A stretch of DNA of 64,000 nucleotides from Elusimicrobiota bacterium (GCA_041694815.1 JBGFSC010000035.1:1-64000), one strand, 5' to 3'; positions 1-9,726 are shown, numbered from the stretch's first letter. Numbers and translations are program-made. The notes: generated from the letters alone by a model not told the origin.

Positions 1-255
1 GGCGGGGCCGTTGGCGCCGCCGACATCGAAGGTCACAAAGGTCTCGTGCACCTTCACCTTTTGCCCCTCCTTGGCCAAAAGCTTGAGTATCTTGCCGCTT
101 TTGGGGCTCGGGATCTCCACCTCCGCCTTGTCGGTGAGCACGTTCACCAAGGGCTGGCTTTCCTCGACCTGCTGCCCCTCGCGCACATGCCACTTGACCA
201 CTTCGCCTTCGACCAAGCCTTCGCCGATATCGGGGAGTTTGAATTCGTAGATCAT
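1..255 (-). CDS. pdhC: 2-oxoacid (pyruvate or branched-chain) dehydrogenase E2, N-terminal lipoyl domain; runs off the window edge
   Basis: Not in the ORF track. Manual translation from ATG at 255 gives MIYEFKLPDIGEGLVEGEVVKWHVREGQQVEESQPLVNVLTDKAEVEIPSP, with the PDIGEG motif and the TDKA lipoyl-lysine motif. Lies directly downstream of E1 beta. Confidence 0.92.
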   Translation of the reverse strand, partial: MIYEFKLPDIGEGLVEGEVVKWHVREGQQVEESQPLVNVLTDKAEVEIPSPKSGKILKLLAKEGQKVKVHETFVTFDVGGANGPA

Positions 256-260
256 ATGTC

Positions 261-287
261 ACTTGCCTCCCCCACGGGGAGGCAAGT
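261..287. repeat. Intergenic GC-rich hairpin
   Basis: ACTTGCCTCCCC-cac-GGGGAGGCAAGT, a 12-bp perfect stem between the E1 beta and E2 genes. Confidence 0.6.
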
Positions 288-316
288 AGCCGAGGGGGAT
301 CGTACGTTTTTCATAG

Positions 317-1291
317 CTAGAAGGACAGCACCTGTTTGACCGCGCGGATCACACGGTCGGCGTCCGGCACGTAATATTTCTCCAGGCGGAACAGCGGCAT
401 GCGGATGTCCCAGCCCCCCACCCGGCGCACGGGCGCCTGGAGTTTAAGCAGCGAGCGTTCATGGATCAAGGCGCTCAGCTCAGCGGCGAAGGAGCCGGTA
501 TTGGGGGCCTCGTGGGCGATAACGACGCGCCCGGTCTTCTCCGCGCTCGATAGCACCGCCTCGATGTCGAGCGGCGCGAGCGTGCGCAGGTCGATCACCT
601 CGGCGGAGATCCCGTCGGCGTTGAGCTCGTCGGCCGCCTTCAGGCAGGTGTGGACCATCGCTCCCCAGGAGATCAGGCTGATGTCGCTTCCCTCGCGGGC
701 CAGCCGGGCCTTGCCGATGGGCGTGCGGTAGGGCTTTTCCGGCACCTCGCCCTTGGCCGCTCGATAGAGCGCCTTGGGCTCGAAGAAGACGACGGGATCC
801 GGGTCCTCGATCGAGGAGATGATGAGCCCCTTGGCGTCCTCCGGGGTGGACGGGATGACGACCTTGATGCCGGGCGTGTGGGTGAAGTAGGCCTCGGGAG
901 ACTCCGAGTGATGCTCGGGGGCGTGGATGAGCCCCCCATGGGGGGCCCGCAGCACCATGGGGACCGTATGGCGGCCGCGGCTGCGGTTGCGCAGGCGGCC
1001 GATATGGCAGATCACTTGGTCGAGAACGGCGGGCAGGAATCCGTCGAATTGGATCTCGCAGACCGGCCGAAGCCCGTAGATCGCCAGGCCCACGGAGGCC
1101 CCGACGATGCCGAGCTCGGCCAAGGGCGTGTCGATGACCCGGTCGGCGCCGAACTGCTTTTGAAGGCCTTCGGTGACGCGGAAAACGCCCCCGTTGAGGC
1201 CCACGTCCTCGCCGAGGAGCAGGACGCGGTCATCGGCCTCCATCGCCTGGCGCAGCCCCTGGTTGATGGCCGTGACGAGGTTTATTTCCAT
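317..1291 (-). CDS. pdhB: 2-oxoacid dehydrogenase E1 beta subunit
   Basis: GEDVG..GGVFRVT, DTPLAE, EIQF and EHHSES motifs. Start trimmed to MEINLV, which overlaps the E1 alpha stop (TAATG). Confidence 0.95.
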   Translation of the reverse strand: MEINLVTAINQGLRQAMEADDRVLLLGEDVGLNGGVFRVTEGLQKQFGADRVIDTPLAELGIVGASVGLAIYGLRPVCEIQFDGFLPAVLDQVICHIGRLRNRSRGRHTVPMVLRAPHGGLIHAPEHHSESPEAYFTHTPGIKVVIPSTPEDAKGLIISSIEDPDPVVFFEPKALYRAAKGEVPEKPYRTPIGKARLAREGSDISLISWGAMVHTCLKAADELNADGISAEVIDLRTLAPLDIEAVLSSAEKTGRVVIAHEAPNTGSFAAELSALIHERSLLKLQAPVRRVGGWDIRMPLFRLEKYYVPDADRVIRAVKQVLSF

Positions 1292-2418
1292 TACGGGAAC
1301 CTTCCCTCGGCGGGAGGAAGCTCGAAGACTTCGCGTCGCGACTGCTTTCCCTTGAGCAGCTCCTCGAGCTCGGCGCGCTGCTCGATGAGATGCCACGGAG
1401 CGCTGGCATAGTTGTCGGCGAACATGTTGAGGGGGTTGGGCGGCGGAGTGCTTTCGTAGGCGGCGATTTCCTCCTGCACCATCGCCTCGGCCTCCCGCAG
1501 CAGGGAGGACTCCTGGGCCTCATCCCAGAGTTTTTTCGCTTGGAGGTAGAGCTTAAGCCGCAGCACCGGGTCCTTCTTCCTCCAGGCCTCCACCTCCTCG
1601 GGGCTGCGGTAGCGGCTGGCGTCGTCGGCGGTCGTGTGATGCCCGAGCCGGTACGTCTCGCATTCGAGCACCGAGGGGCCTTCCCCCCTTCGGGCCCGGG
1701 CCACCGCCTCGCTGACCGCCCGATGCACGGCCAAGGCGTCGTTGCCGTCGACTTGCAGGCCGAAGGCGCCGTACCCCCATGCCTTTTGAGCCAGGGTCTT
1801 GCTGGCCGATTGCCTCTCCCGGGGCACGGAGATGGCCCAGTGATTGTTCTCGATGATGTAGATCGCGGGAAGCTTGAATTGCCCCGCGAAGGTCAGGGCC
1901 TCATGGAAGTCGCCCTTGGAGGAGGTGCCGTCCCCCAGGTAGGTCAGCGCCACCGAGGGGTCCTTGCGCAATTTCGCGCCCCAGGCGAGGCCCGCGACCT
2001 GCGTGAGATGCGTCCCCACTGGGATGGAGAAGATCATGTCGTTGTTGCCCTCGGGGAATTTGACGCCGCGGTCGTCCCCTCCCCAATACAGCAGGGAATG
2101 GCGCAGCTGCATCCCTCGGGCGAAATAGGCGCCCTGCCCCCGGTAGGTCGGCACCAGCCAATCCTTGGGCTTAAGGCAGAGGGCGGGCACGATCTGCGTG
2201 GCTTCCTGTCCTAGGATCTGCGGGTAGGTGCCGAGTCGGCCTTGCCGTTGGAGCTTGAAGGCCTTCTCGTCGAAGACGCGGATCTCGACCATCTTGCGGT
2301 ACATGTGGAGCAGGGTTTCACGGGGAAGCCTGGGATCGAGCGCCTCGTCGACCGAGCCGTCGGGAGCCAATATCTCCAGGCGCTCGACGCTGCACTGATC
2401 CAGGGTCTTAAGCGGCAT
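1291..2418 (-). CDS. pdhA: 2-oxoacid dehydrogenase E1 alpha subunit
   Basis: LQRQGR, GQEA, the TPP-binding GDG...NN motif, and YRLGHHTTADD. Confidence 0.95.
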   Translation of the reverse strand: MPLKTLDQCSVERLEILAPDGSVDEALDPRLPRETLLHMYRKMVEIRVFDEKAFKLQRQGRLGTYPQILGQEATQIVPALCLKPKDWLVPTYRGQGAYFARGMQLRHSLLYWGGDDRGVKFPEGNNDMIFSIPVGTHLTQVAGLAWGAKLRKDPSVALTYLGDGTSSKGDFHEALTFAGQFKLPAIYIIENNHWAISVPRERQSASKTLAQKAWGYGAFGLQVDGNDALAVHRAVSEAVARARRGEGPSVLECETYRLGHHTTADDASRYRSPEEVEAWRKKDPVLRLKLYLQAKKLWDEAQESSLLREAEAMVQEEIAAYESTPPPNPLNMFADNYASAPWHLIEQRAELEELLKGKQSRREVFELPPAEGRFP

Positions 2419-3313
2419 GGGAGTAGCCGTGCGTGAGCATTCCGCGCAGGAAGAGTTCTCCGGCCCGGTACGAGGAGCGGACGAAGGGCCCGGCGGCGAC
2501 GTAGAGAAACCCCATCTCCCGGGCCGCGGCGGCCAAGGCGTCGAACTCGGCCGGGGGAACGTAGCGGGAGACGGGCAGATGGCGCGCGGCCGCCGTCGGG
2601 CGTAGGTATTGTCCGAGCGTCAGGATGTCGACGTCGGCCATGCGCAGGTCCCTGAAGGAGGACAGGAGCTCCTCGCGCGTCTCGCCTAAGCCCAGCATCA
2701 GAGAGGTCTTGGTTTTCTTGGAAGCGTCGATCCGCTTAATCTCCCGCAAGACATCGAGGGATTGGTGGTAGCCCGCCCGCCGGTCTCGCACTAACGGGGT
2801 GAGACGCTCGACTGTCTCGAGATTATGCGCGACGACGTCCGCGCCGGCGGCGACGGCTCGGGCAAGCAGTCCCTTATCGCCTCTGAAGTCCTGGATCAGC
2901 GCCTCTAAAAGGATTTCGGGACAGCGCTCCTTGACGGCGCGGATGCAGGCGGCGGCATGCGCGGCCCCCTGATCCGGCAGGTCGTCGCGGCAGACGGTGG
3001 TGAGGACCACGTAGTCGAGCCCGAGATCGGCGATCGTTTCGGCCAGATGCCGCGGCTCATCCGGATTCGGCGGGGCGGCATGCGTCAGCGTCTCCACCGA
3101 GCAGAAACGGCAGCCGCGCGAGCATGACTCGCCCAGGATCATGAAGGTGGCGGTCCCCCCTCCCCAGCACTCGGCCAGGTTCGGGCAGCGGGCCTCCTCG
3201 CAGACCGTGTGCAGGCCTCGCTTGGCCGAAAGGGCCTTGATCCGCTCGAAATTCTCTCCGGAGGGCAGCCGCGTCTTGAGCCACGGAGGCAGGCCGGACA
3301 GGGTTTGTCCCAT
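2408..3313 (-). CDS. lipA: Lipoyl synthase
   Basis: VCEEARCPNLAEC, radical SAM CSRGCRFC, GQYLRP and RSSY. Confidence 0.97.
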   Translation of the reverse strand: MGQTLSGLPPWLKTRLPSGENFERIKALSAKRGLHTVCEEARCPNLAECWGGGTATFMILGESCSRGCRFCSVETLTHAAPPNPDEPRHLAETIADLGLDYVVLTTVCRDDLPDQGAAHAAACIRAVKERCPEILLEALIQDFRGDKGLLARAVAAGADVVAHNLETVERLTPLVRDRRAGYHQSLDVLREIKRIDASKKTKTSLMLGLGETREELLSSFRDLRMADVDILTLGQYLRPTAAARHLPVSRYVPPAEFDALAAAAREMGFLYVAAGPFVRSSYRAGELFLRGMLTHGYSHAA

Positions 3314-3329
3314 TTGCGGCAGTATACGA

Positions 3330-3938
3330 TTAAAGGCGGGGACGGGGCAATTCGAAGGCGTCGGAGACCTTCGTGTACCACGCGCCTTCCATTCGGCCGA
3401 TGGGCTTGAAATCCTGATGATGGATGCGCCCGGCCTTCCAGAGGGCGTCGTCGACGTGGATGTGGACGACCCGGCCGATGACGAGATTACCGCCGAGAGG
3501 CCCGTCGCTGATCGTGACGACTTGCAGCAGCTCGCATTCCATCCGCAGCGGCGACTGCTTCACGGAAGGGGGCTTCACCTTGACCGAGGGCACGGGGGTC
3601 AGCCCGGCCTTCTCGAACTCGCTGACGCCGTAGGGATAATCGGCGGAGCTCTCGTTCATCGGCGCGGCCAGGGCCTCGCTGACCCCGTTGACGACGAATT
3701 GACGGGTCGCCTCGACGTTGACCAGGGTGTCTTTTTTTCGGCCGGTGCGGCTGTTGACCGGGGCGAAGCACAGCGTCATCGGCTGGGCCGTGATGCCCGT
3801 AAAAAAGCTGAAGGGCGCCAAGTTGTGGCTGCCGTCGGGGCCCAAGGTCGAGACCCAGGCGATGGGCCGCGGCACGATCGCGCTAATGAGCAGGCCGTAG
3901 CGGTCGGCGGGGGGCAGGGTTTCCGGGTCGATTTCCAT
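3330..3938 (-). CDS. Flavin reductase family protein
   Basis: IVPRPIAWVST, NLAPFSFF, KKDTLVN and PIGR. Start MEIDP overlaps the Maf stop. Confidence 0.88.
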   Translation of the reverse strand: MEIDPETLPPADRYGLLISAIVPRPIAWVSTLGPDGSHNLAPFSFFTGITAQPMTLCFAPVNSRTGRKKDTLVNVEATRQFVVNGVSEALAAPMNESSADYPYGVSEFEKAGLTPVPSVKVKPPSVKQSPLRMECELLQVVTISDGPLGGNLVIGRVVHIHVDDALWKAGRIHHQDFKPIGRMEGAWYTKVSDAFELPRPRL

Positions 3939-4513
3939 CAACGCCCGCGGCGGCCGCGCCGCGCCACGCGCCGCAGCAGTGCGCGGACCACGTCCATGGG
4001 AAGCCCGACGACATTGTCGAAAGGGCCGACGACTTTTTCGATGAACGGGTCCTGGCGGTCCTGGACGGCGTAGCCGCCGGCCTTGTCCATGTGCTTGCCG
4101 GCCAGCCTTAGGAGCTCCTCCTCGCCGAGCTTGCGCGCCTTGACCCGGCTGACCGCGGCCGCCTTCCAGCATTTCGAGGAGGCGGCGTCGATGAGGGCCA
4201 CGCCCGTGTAGACGCGATGCCAGCGGCCGTTGAGCTCCCGGAGGATGCGCAGGGAGTCCTGCGAGTCTCGGGGCTTGAGGATCACGCGGCCGCGGCAGAC
4301 GACCACGGTGTCGGCCCCCAACACGAGGGTATTCGGATGTTTTTTTGCGACCGACTCCGCCTTGCGCTCGGCGAGCTCCAGGACCATGCGCCGCACGTCG
4401 CGTTCGGAGCTGTCCTCCGGGACCTTCGAGGCGATGATCCGAAATGGGATGCGCAGCTCTCGGAGCAGGCGCCGGCGCTGCGGGGAGGCCGAGGCTAGGA
4501 TCAGCGGTCTCAC
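3938..4513 (-). CDS. maf: Maf family nucleotide pyrophosphatase
   Basis: LILASASPQRRRLL, GADTVV, DKAGGY and NVVGLP. Confidence 0.95.
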   Translation of the reverse strand: MRPLILASASPQRRRLLRELRIPFRIIASKVPEDSSERDVRRMVLELAERKAESVAKKHPNTLVLGADTVVVCRGRVILKPRDSQDSLRILRELNGRWHRVYTGVALIDAASSKCWKAAAVSRVKARKLGEEELLRLAGKHMDKAGGYAVQDRQDPFIEKVVGPFDNVVGLPMDVVRALLRRVARRGRRGR

Positions 4514-4770
4514 TTGAGCACGATCTTAAACAGCAGCGCGGCGACGATAACCCCGATGAGGCTGAACATGTTGAAGCGGAACAGGCAGCCGAAGGTGAGG
4601 TCGACGAGATGCAGGTCGATGTGGGTCGGGTGAAGCCCCGCCGTGATCTCCCCCGCGAAAAGCTCGTGGATGCGGCCCGAAGGGAAGGCCATGCCGAGGA
4701 ATTTTCCGAAGAAGCCCCCGAGCAAAGCTCCGGTGACGAGCACTCCGATGAAGGCTAAAATTCTCCCCAT
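4510..4770 (-). CDS. Small membrane protein, DUF4321-like
   Basis: Two hydrophobic helices flank P..IDL..VDLTFG...RFN..SLIG. Start taken at MGRILAF. Confidence 0.7.
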   Translation of the reverse strand: MGRILAFIGVLVTGALLGGFFGKFLGMAFPSGRIHELFAGEITAGLHPTHIDLHLVDLTFGCLFRFNMFSLIGVIVAALLFKIVLK

Positions 4771-5474
4771 ATCTCCGAATGGACGCTTTTCTGCGGCACG
4801 CCCGCCTTGGCCAGCCCGCTGGTCAAATCCGATACCAGGCCGGCGGGGCCGCACAGATAATACGTCGCTTTCTCGAAATCCGCCACCCCCTTTTTTAGGG
4901 TTTGGGCGCTGATGCGTCCGACCGGACCCCGCCATGCCGAGGCCCGAGGGGATTCGGGCCTGGTGATGAAGATCTGCACCGAGACCCCCTTCGAACCCAA
5001 GCGCTCGAGCTCGTCTCGATAGACGATGTCCTCGGGAGTGCGCGCCGAATAGAACAACGAGAGGCGGTCTCTTAGCTCGCGGCCGAGAACATAGCGGATC
5101 ATCGATCGCAGGGGCGCGATGCCGGTGCCGCCCGATACGAGCACCGAATGAGCGGCGCCTTCGTGGTAATGCCAGCGGCCATAGGGACCACGCACCACCA
5201 TCTCGTCGCCCGTACGCAGCTCGAAAAGCCGTTCCGTGAATTTCCCGGCGCGGCTCAAGGTAATCTCGATGAAGCCCTTCTCGAGGGGCGAGGACGCGAC
5301 GGAATAATCGCGGCTCTCGTCTTCCCCGGGGAAGCTCAGGCGGATGAATTGCCCCGGGATGAAATCGAAGGATCCGCCCTCGGGAAGCTCTAGGCGGAAG
5401 GTTCGGACTTGGGGCGTCTCGGCGCTGATGCGGCCGACCCGGACGCTCAAGGGCTTGGCGACGGGCGGCGCCAT
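4755..5474 (-). CDS. FAD/NAD(P)-binding oxidoreductase (FNR-like)
   Basis: FIPGQF, RDYSVAS, GPYG, GGTGIAP, YLCGP and C-terminal EIW. Start overlaps the cutA stop (TGATG). Confidence 0.9.
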   Translation of the reverse strand: MAPPVAKPLSVRVGRISAETPQVRTFRLELPEGGSFDFIPGQFIRLSFPGEDESRDYSVASSPLEKGFIEITLSRAGKFTERLFELRTGDEMVVRGPYGRWHYHEGAAHSVLVSGGTGIAPLRSMIRYVLGRELRDRLSLFYSARTPEDIVYRDELERLGSKGVSVQIFITRPESPRASAWRGPVGRISAQTLKKGVADFEKATYYLCGPAGLVSDLTSGLAKAGVPQKSVHSEIWGEF

Positions 5475-5794
5475 CAACATGTGCTCGCTTTCACCCAGTC
5501 GAGGTACGGCCTGTGCCCGCCGGCGACCGGGAGGGCGATCACTTCGGGCACGGAATAGGGATGCTTCTCCTTGACGCAGGCGGCCAGCTTCTTGAGCAAG
5601 GCGGAGCGGGTCTTGACTAGGAGCAGATGCTCCTCGGCGCTCTCGATCTTGCCTTCCCACCAGTACTTCGAGCAGACGCCGCCGATCCGGTTGACGCAGG
5701 CGGCGAGCTTGCGCTCGAGCAGCTCGGTCGCGAGCCGTTCGCCCGTCTGCGCGTCCGGCACGGTGATGAGCACGACGCAATATGACGCCGCCAT
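5474..5794 (-). CDS. cutA: Divalent-cation tolerance protein CutA
   Basis: LAACVN, YWWEGKI..E, HPYSVPEV and YLDWV. Confidence 0.95.
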   Translation of the reverse strand: MAASYCVVLITVPDAQTGERLATELLERKLAACVNRIGGVCSKYWWEGKIESAEEHLLLVKTRSALLKKLAACVKEKHPYSVPEVIALPVAGGHRPYLDWVKASTC

Positions 5795-5822
5795 GACGCG
5801 AGATGGTACTAAATCGCGCATG

Positions 5823-5892
5823 ACGGTGCCAGGCATTGACTTTCTTGACTTTCGCCTAGGCGAAAGTCAAGAAAGTCAATGCCTGGCACCGT
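5823..5892. repeat. 70-bp perfect palindrome (REP/MITE-like element, copy 1)
   Basis: ACGGTGCCAGGCATTGACTTTCTTGACTTTCGCCT is followed directly by its exact reverse complement. It shares termini with 31575-31679. Confidence 0.9.
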
Positions 5893-5894
5893 AA

Positions 5895-6497
5895 TTAGGA
5901 CGGCGAGGATCCCTGGATCTTGGCCGCTTTCTTGTGCCCGTTGCCCGCCTGCAGGTCCGCGGCTTCCCCCTGGAAACCGGCGAGGAGGTTGGCCATGTCC
6001 TCGGCGTGTTCCTCCTCGTCCGCCAATATTTTCTCCATCATGCGCCGCGTGGTGGGGTCGCCGTCCTTAAGATAGCGGATGATTTCCCCGTAGGTTTCGA
6101 TCACTACCCGCTCGGCGACGAGATCCTCCTCGATCATTCGCTTGAGGCTGTCGCCGGTCCTGTATTCGGTGTGGCTGGCCCCGAGAGCCCGGGGCGAGAA
6201 ATCCGGACTTCCGCCCAGCTGCATGATGCGCTCGGCGATTTCATCGACGTGCTCCTGCTCGTTGGCGGCGTGCTCCTTGAATTTTTCGGCCACCGGGCGC
6301 GCATGGATGCCCTTGGCCGTGTAGTAATGGCGCTTGTAGCGCAGCACGCAGACGATCTCCGTGGCCAAGGCCTCGCCCAAAAGCTGCAGCACGATTTGGG
6401 GGTCGGCCTTGAAGGATTCCGTCACCGCCCCCTTTTCGATATGGCGGCGGGCCCGTTCGCGGATGGCCGCGATGTCGGAAAAGAATGGATTGCCCAT
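5895..6497 (-). CDS. Ferritin-like / bacterioferritin-type protein
   Basis: ALATEIVCVLRYKRH, EQEH, EDLVAER and DEEEHA di-iron motifs. GGAGG ribosome-binding site upstream. Confidence 0.9.
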   Translation of the reverse strand: MGNPFFSDIAAIRERARRHIEKGAVTESFKADPQIVLQLLGEALATEIVCVLRYKRHYYTAKGIHARPVAEKFKEHAANEQEHVDEIAERIMQLGGSPDFSPRALGASHTEYRTGDSLKRMIEEDLVAERVVIETYGEIIRYLKDGDPTTRRMMEKILADEEEHAEDMANLLAGFQGEAADLQAGNGHKKAAKIQGSSPS

Positions 6498-6585
6498 AAT
6501 TCCTCCCTATTTTCCTGACCCTATTTTAATCCGGCCCGGGGATTCGGGCCATTGAGGGCCGGTCACTTTTTTGAAGAGAAGATAT

Positions 6586-6655
6586 TAGGCCCTTGGTCCC
6601 GGGCGCCGGAACGCCCCATCGGCTCATGTTGTCCAGGGGCCTTTTAGCCTACAAT
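6586..6655 (+). promoter_or_regulatory. TAGGCCCTTGGTCCC motif plus -10 element (TACAAT)
   Basis: Motif at 6586-6600, 14/15 identical to 12200-12214. A related copy lies at 6636-6651, TACAAT at 6650-6655, and GGAGG before the ATG at 6673. Confidence 0.5.
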
Positions 6656-6672
6656 ACGCGCGGAGGAAAAAT

Positions 6673-7125
6673 ATGAGAAATATCGCCATCGCCGTACTGA
6701 CGTTTGTTTTCGGCGCCGCTCCGGTCGCGGCGGAACCCGGCAAGGACGCCCGCGTCCTGACGGTGGCCGCTTATTACGGGAGATCGGATGCCCAGCGGGT
6801 GCTCAAGGACCTTCAAGCGAGGATTGATTCTAAGGAAATCACCGGCGGCGTGCGGCTTGTCGTCGTATATAAGGCGTACCGGACCCCGCGCTCCGGCAGC
6901 CTCGCCCAGATGCAGCTGGCCAAGGACGAGGGTTGGGATACCGGCGTTTACACCGGCATACTCGACAAGGTCTGGACCAGCGCCGCGGGCGACCTGTGCT
7001 TACGGATGTACGTCATCGAGCGGGAGCCCGAGAACGGTCAACCGGCCTTGAGAACGTTCAACACGGACAAGGGCGAGGTACAGCAGCTGGTCGTGATCCT
7101 GCCGCCGCAGCGGCCCAGCGCCTAA
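6673..7125 (+). CDS. Exported hypothetical protein
   Basis: Sec signal MRNIAIAVLTFVFGAAPVAA, a strong ribosome-binding site and typical GC3-rich codons. Confidence 0.8.
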   Translation: MRNIAIAVLTFVFGAAPVAAEPGKDARVLTVAAYYGRSDAQRVLKDLQARIDSKEITGGVRLVVVYKAYRTPRSGSLAQMQLAKDEGWDTGVYTGILDKVWTSAAGDLCLRMYVIEREPENGQPALRTFNTDKGEVQQLVVILPPQRPSA

Positions 7126-7223
7126 GCTAGTCGCTGATATCTACGGCGACGACCCGAGGCATTACCTCCGTCGGAACGCGCGGCCCGCGGGGCCGTTGAC
7201 ACCCGCGCGGCAGCACTGGGGCC

Positions 7224-8657
7224 CTAGTGGCCCAGCCGCAGTATTTTCATCATGTTGGAGGCGCGATGCTTCGCCGTGCCTCCGGCCGTCACGATGATCA
7301 CGTCGCCCTTCTTGAGCAGCCCGTGCTTGAGCACGATGCGCTCCCCGCGCACGATCATGCGGTCGGTGGTCTTATCGAGAGGGCAGATCAGGGGTATGGT
7401 GCCCCACTGCAGGGAAAGCTGGGAGAAGACCTCCCGGTCGGGCGTCAGGGCGAAGATCGGCACGCGCGGCCGGTACTTGGCCATGATCCGCGCCGACCAT
7501 CCCGTCAGGGTGAATACGCAGATCGCCTTGGCGTGCGATTCCTCCAGGCAGCCGACGGTGGCCCGCGCTAGGGCATGGGCGTGCCCGCCGCGCTCCGGGT
7601 CGTCTACGAGCGAGGTGGGGCCGGAGCGGTAGGCGAAGGCCGACGATTCGGCCTTCACGATGATCTCCGCCATCACCTTGACCGCCGCGGCGGGGTATAG
7701 CCCGACCGCCGTCTCGCCGGAGAGCATCACGGCGTCGGCGCCGTCGAAAATGGCATTGGCGACGTCGGAGGCCTCCGCTCGCGTGGGCTGCGGGTGGTTG
7801 ATCATCGACTCGAGCATCTGGGTGGCGACGATGACCAGCTTGCCCGCTTCGTTGGCCTGACCTACCAGGACCTTCTGCACCACCGGCACGTCGGAGGGAG
7901 ACAGCTCCACGGCGAGATCGCCGCGGGCGACCATGATCCCGTCGGAGGCCTCCAGGATCGGACGGATCTTGCCGATGGCCTCGGGGCGCTCGATCTTGGC
8001 CACGATCAAGGCGTGCGAGCCGTGCGCGCGCACGATCTTGCGCGCCAGCTCCACGTCGGCGGCGTCCCGGACGAAAGAGAGGGCGATGTAACCGACGCCG
8101 AGCTTAAGACCCCACTCGAGGTCGCGCCTATCCTTGGGCGTCAGGGCCGGGAGGTCGATGTCGATCTTGGGCAGGTTGATCCCCTTGTGCTCCTTGAGCC
8201 ACCCGCCGACGACGACCTCGCACTGCACGTCGCGGCTCTCGGGACGGAGCACGGCGAGCTCGAGGTTGCCTTCGTCAAGGAGGATGCGGCTGCCCTTCTT
8301 CACCTTGCGGGGAAGGTCCCGGTAGTTCGTGGAAATCAGCCGTTCGGTCCCCGGAACGTCCTGTGTCGTGATCGTGATGGGCTGGCCCGCCTTGAGCATC
8401 ACTGGCTCGCCGTTGCGCAGGCGTCCGGTCCTAAGGCGGGGGCCCTGTAGGTCGAGCATGATGCTCACCGAAGCGCCCAATGGCGCCGAGGCGCGGCGGA
8501 TCGAATCGACGGTATGGGTCAATTCCTGCAGCGAGGCGTGGGAGCAGTTGAGGCGGAAGGCGTCGACCCCGGCCGAGATCAGCGCGGTCAGCGCCTCATG
8601 GGAGGAGGAAGAGGGGCCGACGGTGGCTAAAATTTTGTTGCGCCTGAGGGCCGCCAT
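7224..8657 (-). CDS. pyk: Pyruvate kinase
   Basis: KILATVGP, RLNCSH, DLQGP, AKIE, MVARGDL, ATQMLESM, PTRAEASDVANA and MLSGET. Confidence 0.97.
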   Translation of the reverse strand: MAALRRNKILATVGPSSSSHEALTALISAGVDAFRLNCSHASLQELTHTVDSIRRASAPLGASVSIMLDLQGPRLRTGRLRNGEPVMLKAGQPITITTQDVPGTERLISTNYRDLPRKVKKGSRILLDEGNLELAVLRPESRDVQCEVVVGGWLKEHKGINLPKIDIDLPALTPKDRRDLEWGLKLGVGYIALSFVRDAADVELARKIVRAHGSHALIVAKIERPEAIGKIRPILEASDGIMVARGDLAVELSPSDVPVVQKVLVGQANEAGKLVIVATQMLESMINHPQPTRAEASDVANAIFDGADAVMLSGETAVGLYPAAAVKVMAEIIVKAESSAFAYRSGPTSLVDDPERGGHAHALARATVGCLEESHAKAICVFTLTGWSARIMAKYRPRVPIFALTPDREVFSQLSLQWGTIPLICPLDKTTDRMIVRGERIVLKHGLLKKGDVIIVTAGGTAKHRASNMMKILRLGH

Positions 8658-9718
8658 CAACGAGAACCCAACGCCCGCCGAAGGCCTTCCCGGCCGGGAG
8701 GACGGATGACGCCCCGTTCGGTCACGATCGCCGAGATCAGGGCGTGCGGTGTGACGTCGAAGGCCGGGTGCCGGGCCTTGGCGCCGGCCGGGGCGAGCGC
8801 GCGGCCACGGAGATGCGTGACCTCGCGGACGCTGCGCTCCTCGATCGGGATCGCGCGGCCGTTCGGGATGCGCAGGTCCACCGTCGTGGATGGGGCGACG
8901 ACGTAGAACGGAATCCCGTGATGCCGCGCCAGGATGGCGAGGCCGTAAGTGCCGATCTTATTGGCCGTGTCGGCGTTGGCGGCGATGCGGTCGGCACCGA
9001 CGAGCACGGCATCGATGCGCTCCGTCGACATTAGGTGCGCGGCCATGTTGTCCGTCAGCAGGGTGGCCGGGATTTTCTCCTGCATCAATTCCCATAGCGT
9101 CAGCCGGCTGCCCTGCAAATAAGGACGGGTCTCGCAGGGATAAACATGGGCGATCCGGCCCCGCCGCCAGGCGTGGCGGATCACGCCGAGCGCGGTCCCG
9201 ATCCCGGAGGTGGCCAATGCGCCGGTATTGCAGTAGGTGATGACATTCGCGCGCGGGGGCAGCAGAGAGGCCCCCAGCTCGGCCATCCTACGGTTGGCGG
9301 CTAGGTCCTCCTCGAAAACAGTGTCGGCCTCGTGCTTGAGCGACTGGGCCAGCACCCCGGCCGTCACTCCCGAGGCGAGGAGCTGGCGGCCCTTCTCCTT
9401 CATACGCTCCACGGCATAGCGCAGGTTGACGGCGGTCGGCCTGGATTCGAGCAGCGCCCGCTCGGCGCGCGAGAGTTCCTTGCGCCAGCCTCCCGCGCTG
9501 CCGTTGCCCGGGGTCGCCGTGCGGAGATGGCGCGCGGCCAGGGCGTATCCGTAAGCGGCGGCGACCCCGATGAGGGGCGCTCCGCGAAGCGCCATGCCGC
9601 GGATCGCGGCGGCGACCGCATCCGCGTCTCGGCAGCGCAGGAAGCGGGTCTTTAAAGGCAGCTCGCGCTGGTCGAGGATGTAGAGCGAGCCGTCGTCCCA
9701 ATAGATATGACGGATCAT
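8657..9718 (-). CDS. mtnA: S-methyl-5-thioribose-1-phosphate isomerase
   Basis: LDQR.LP, RGAPLIG, RPTAVNL, CNTGALAT, ETRPYLQGSRLT, NKIGTY and FDVTP. Confidence 0.96.
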   Translation of the reverse strand: MIRHIYWDDGSLYILDQRELPLKTRFLRCRDADAVAAAIRGMALRGAPLIGVAAAYGYALAARHLRTATPGNGSAGGWRKELSRAERALLESRPTAVNLRYAVERMKEKGRQLLASGVTAGVLAQSLKHEADTVFEEDLAANRRMAELGASLLPPRANVITYCNTGALATSGIGTALGVIRHAWRRGRIAHVYPCETRPYLQGSRLTLWELMQEKIPATLLTDNMAAHLMSTERIDAVLVGADRIAANADTANKIGTYGLAILARHHGIPFYVVAPSTTVDLRIPNGRAIPIEERSVREVTHLRGRALAPAGAKARHPAFDVTPHALISAIVTERGVIRPPGREGLRRALGSR

Positions 9719-9726
9719 GGACGGGC

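Noticed and set aside
7126..7223. Possible structured ncRNA between convergent genes
   Set aside because: Only short GC stems expected by chance, and no recognisable family motif.
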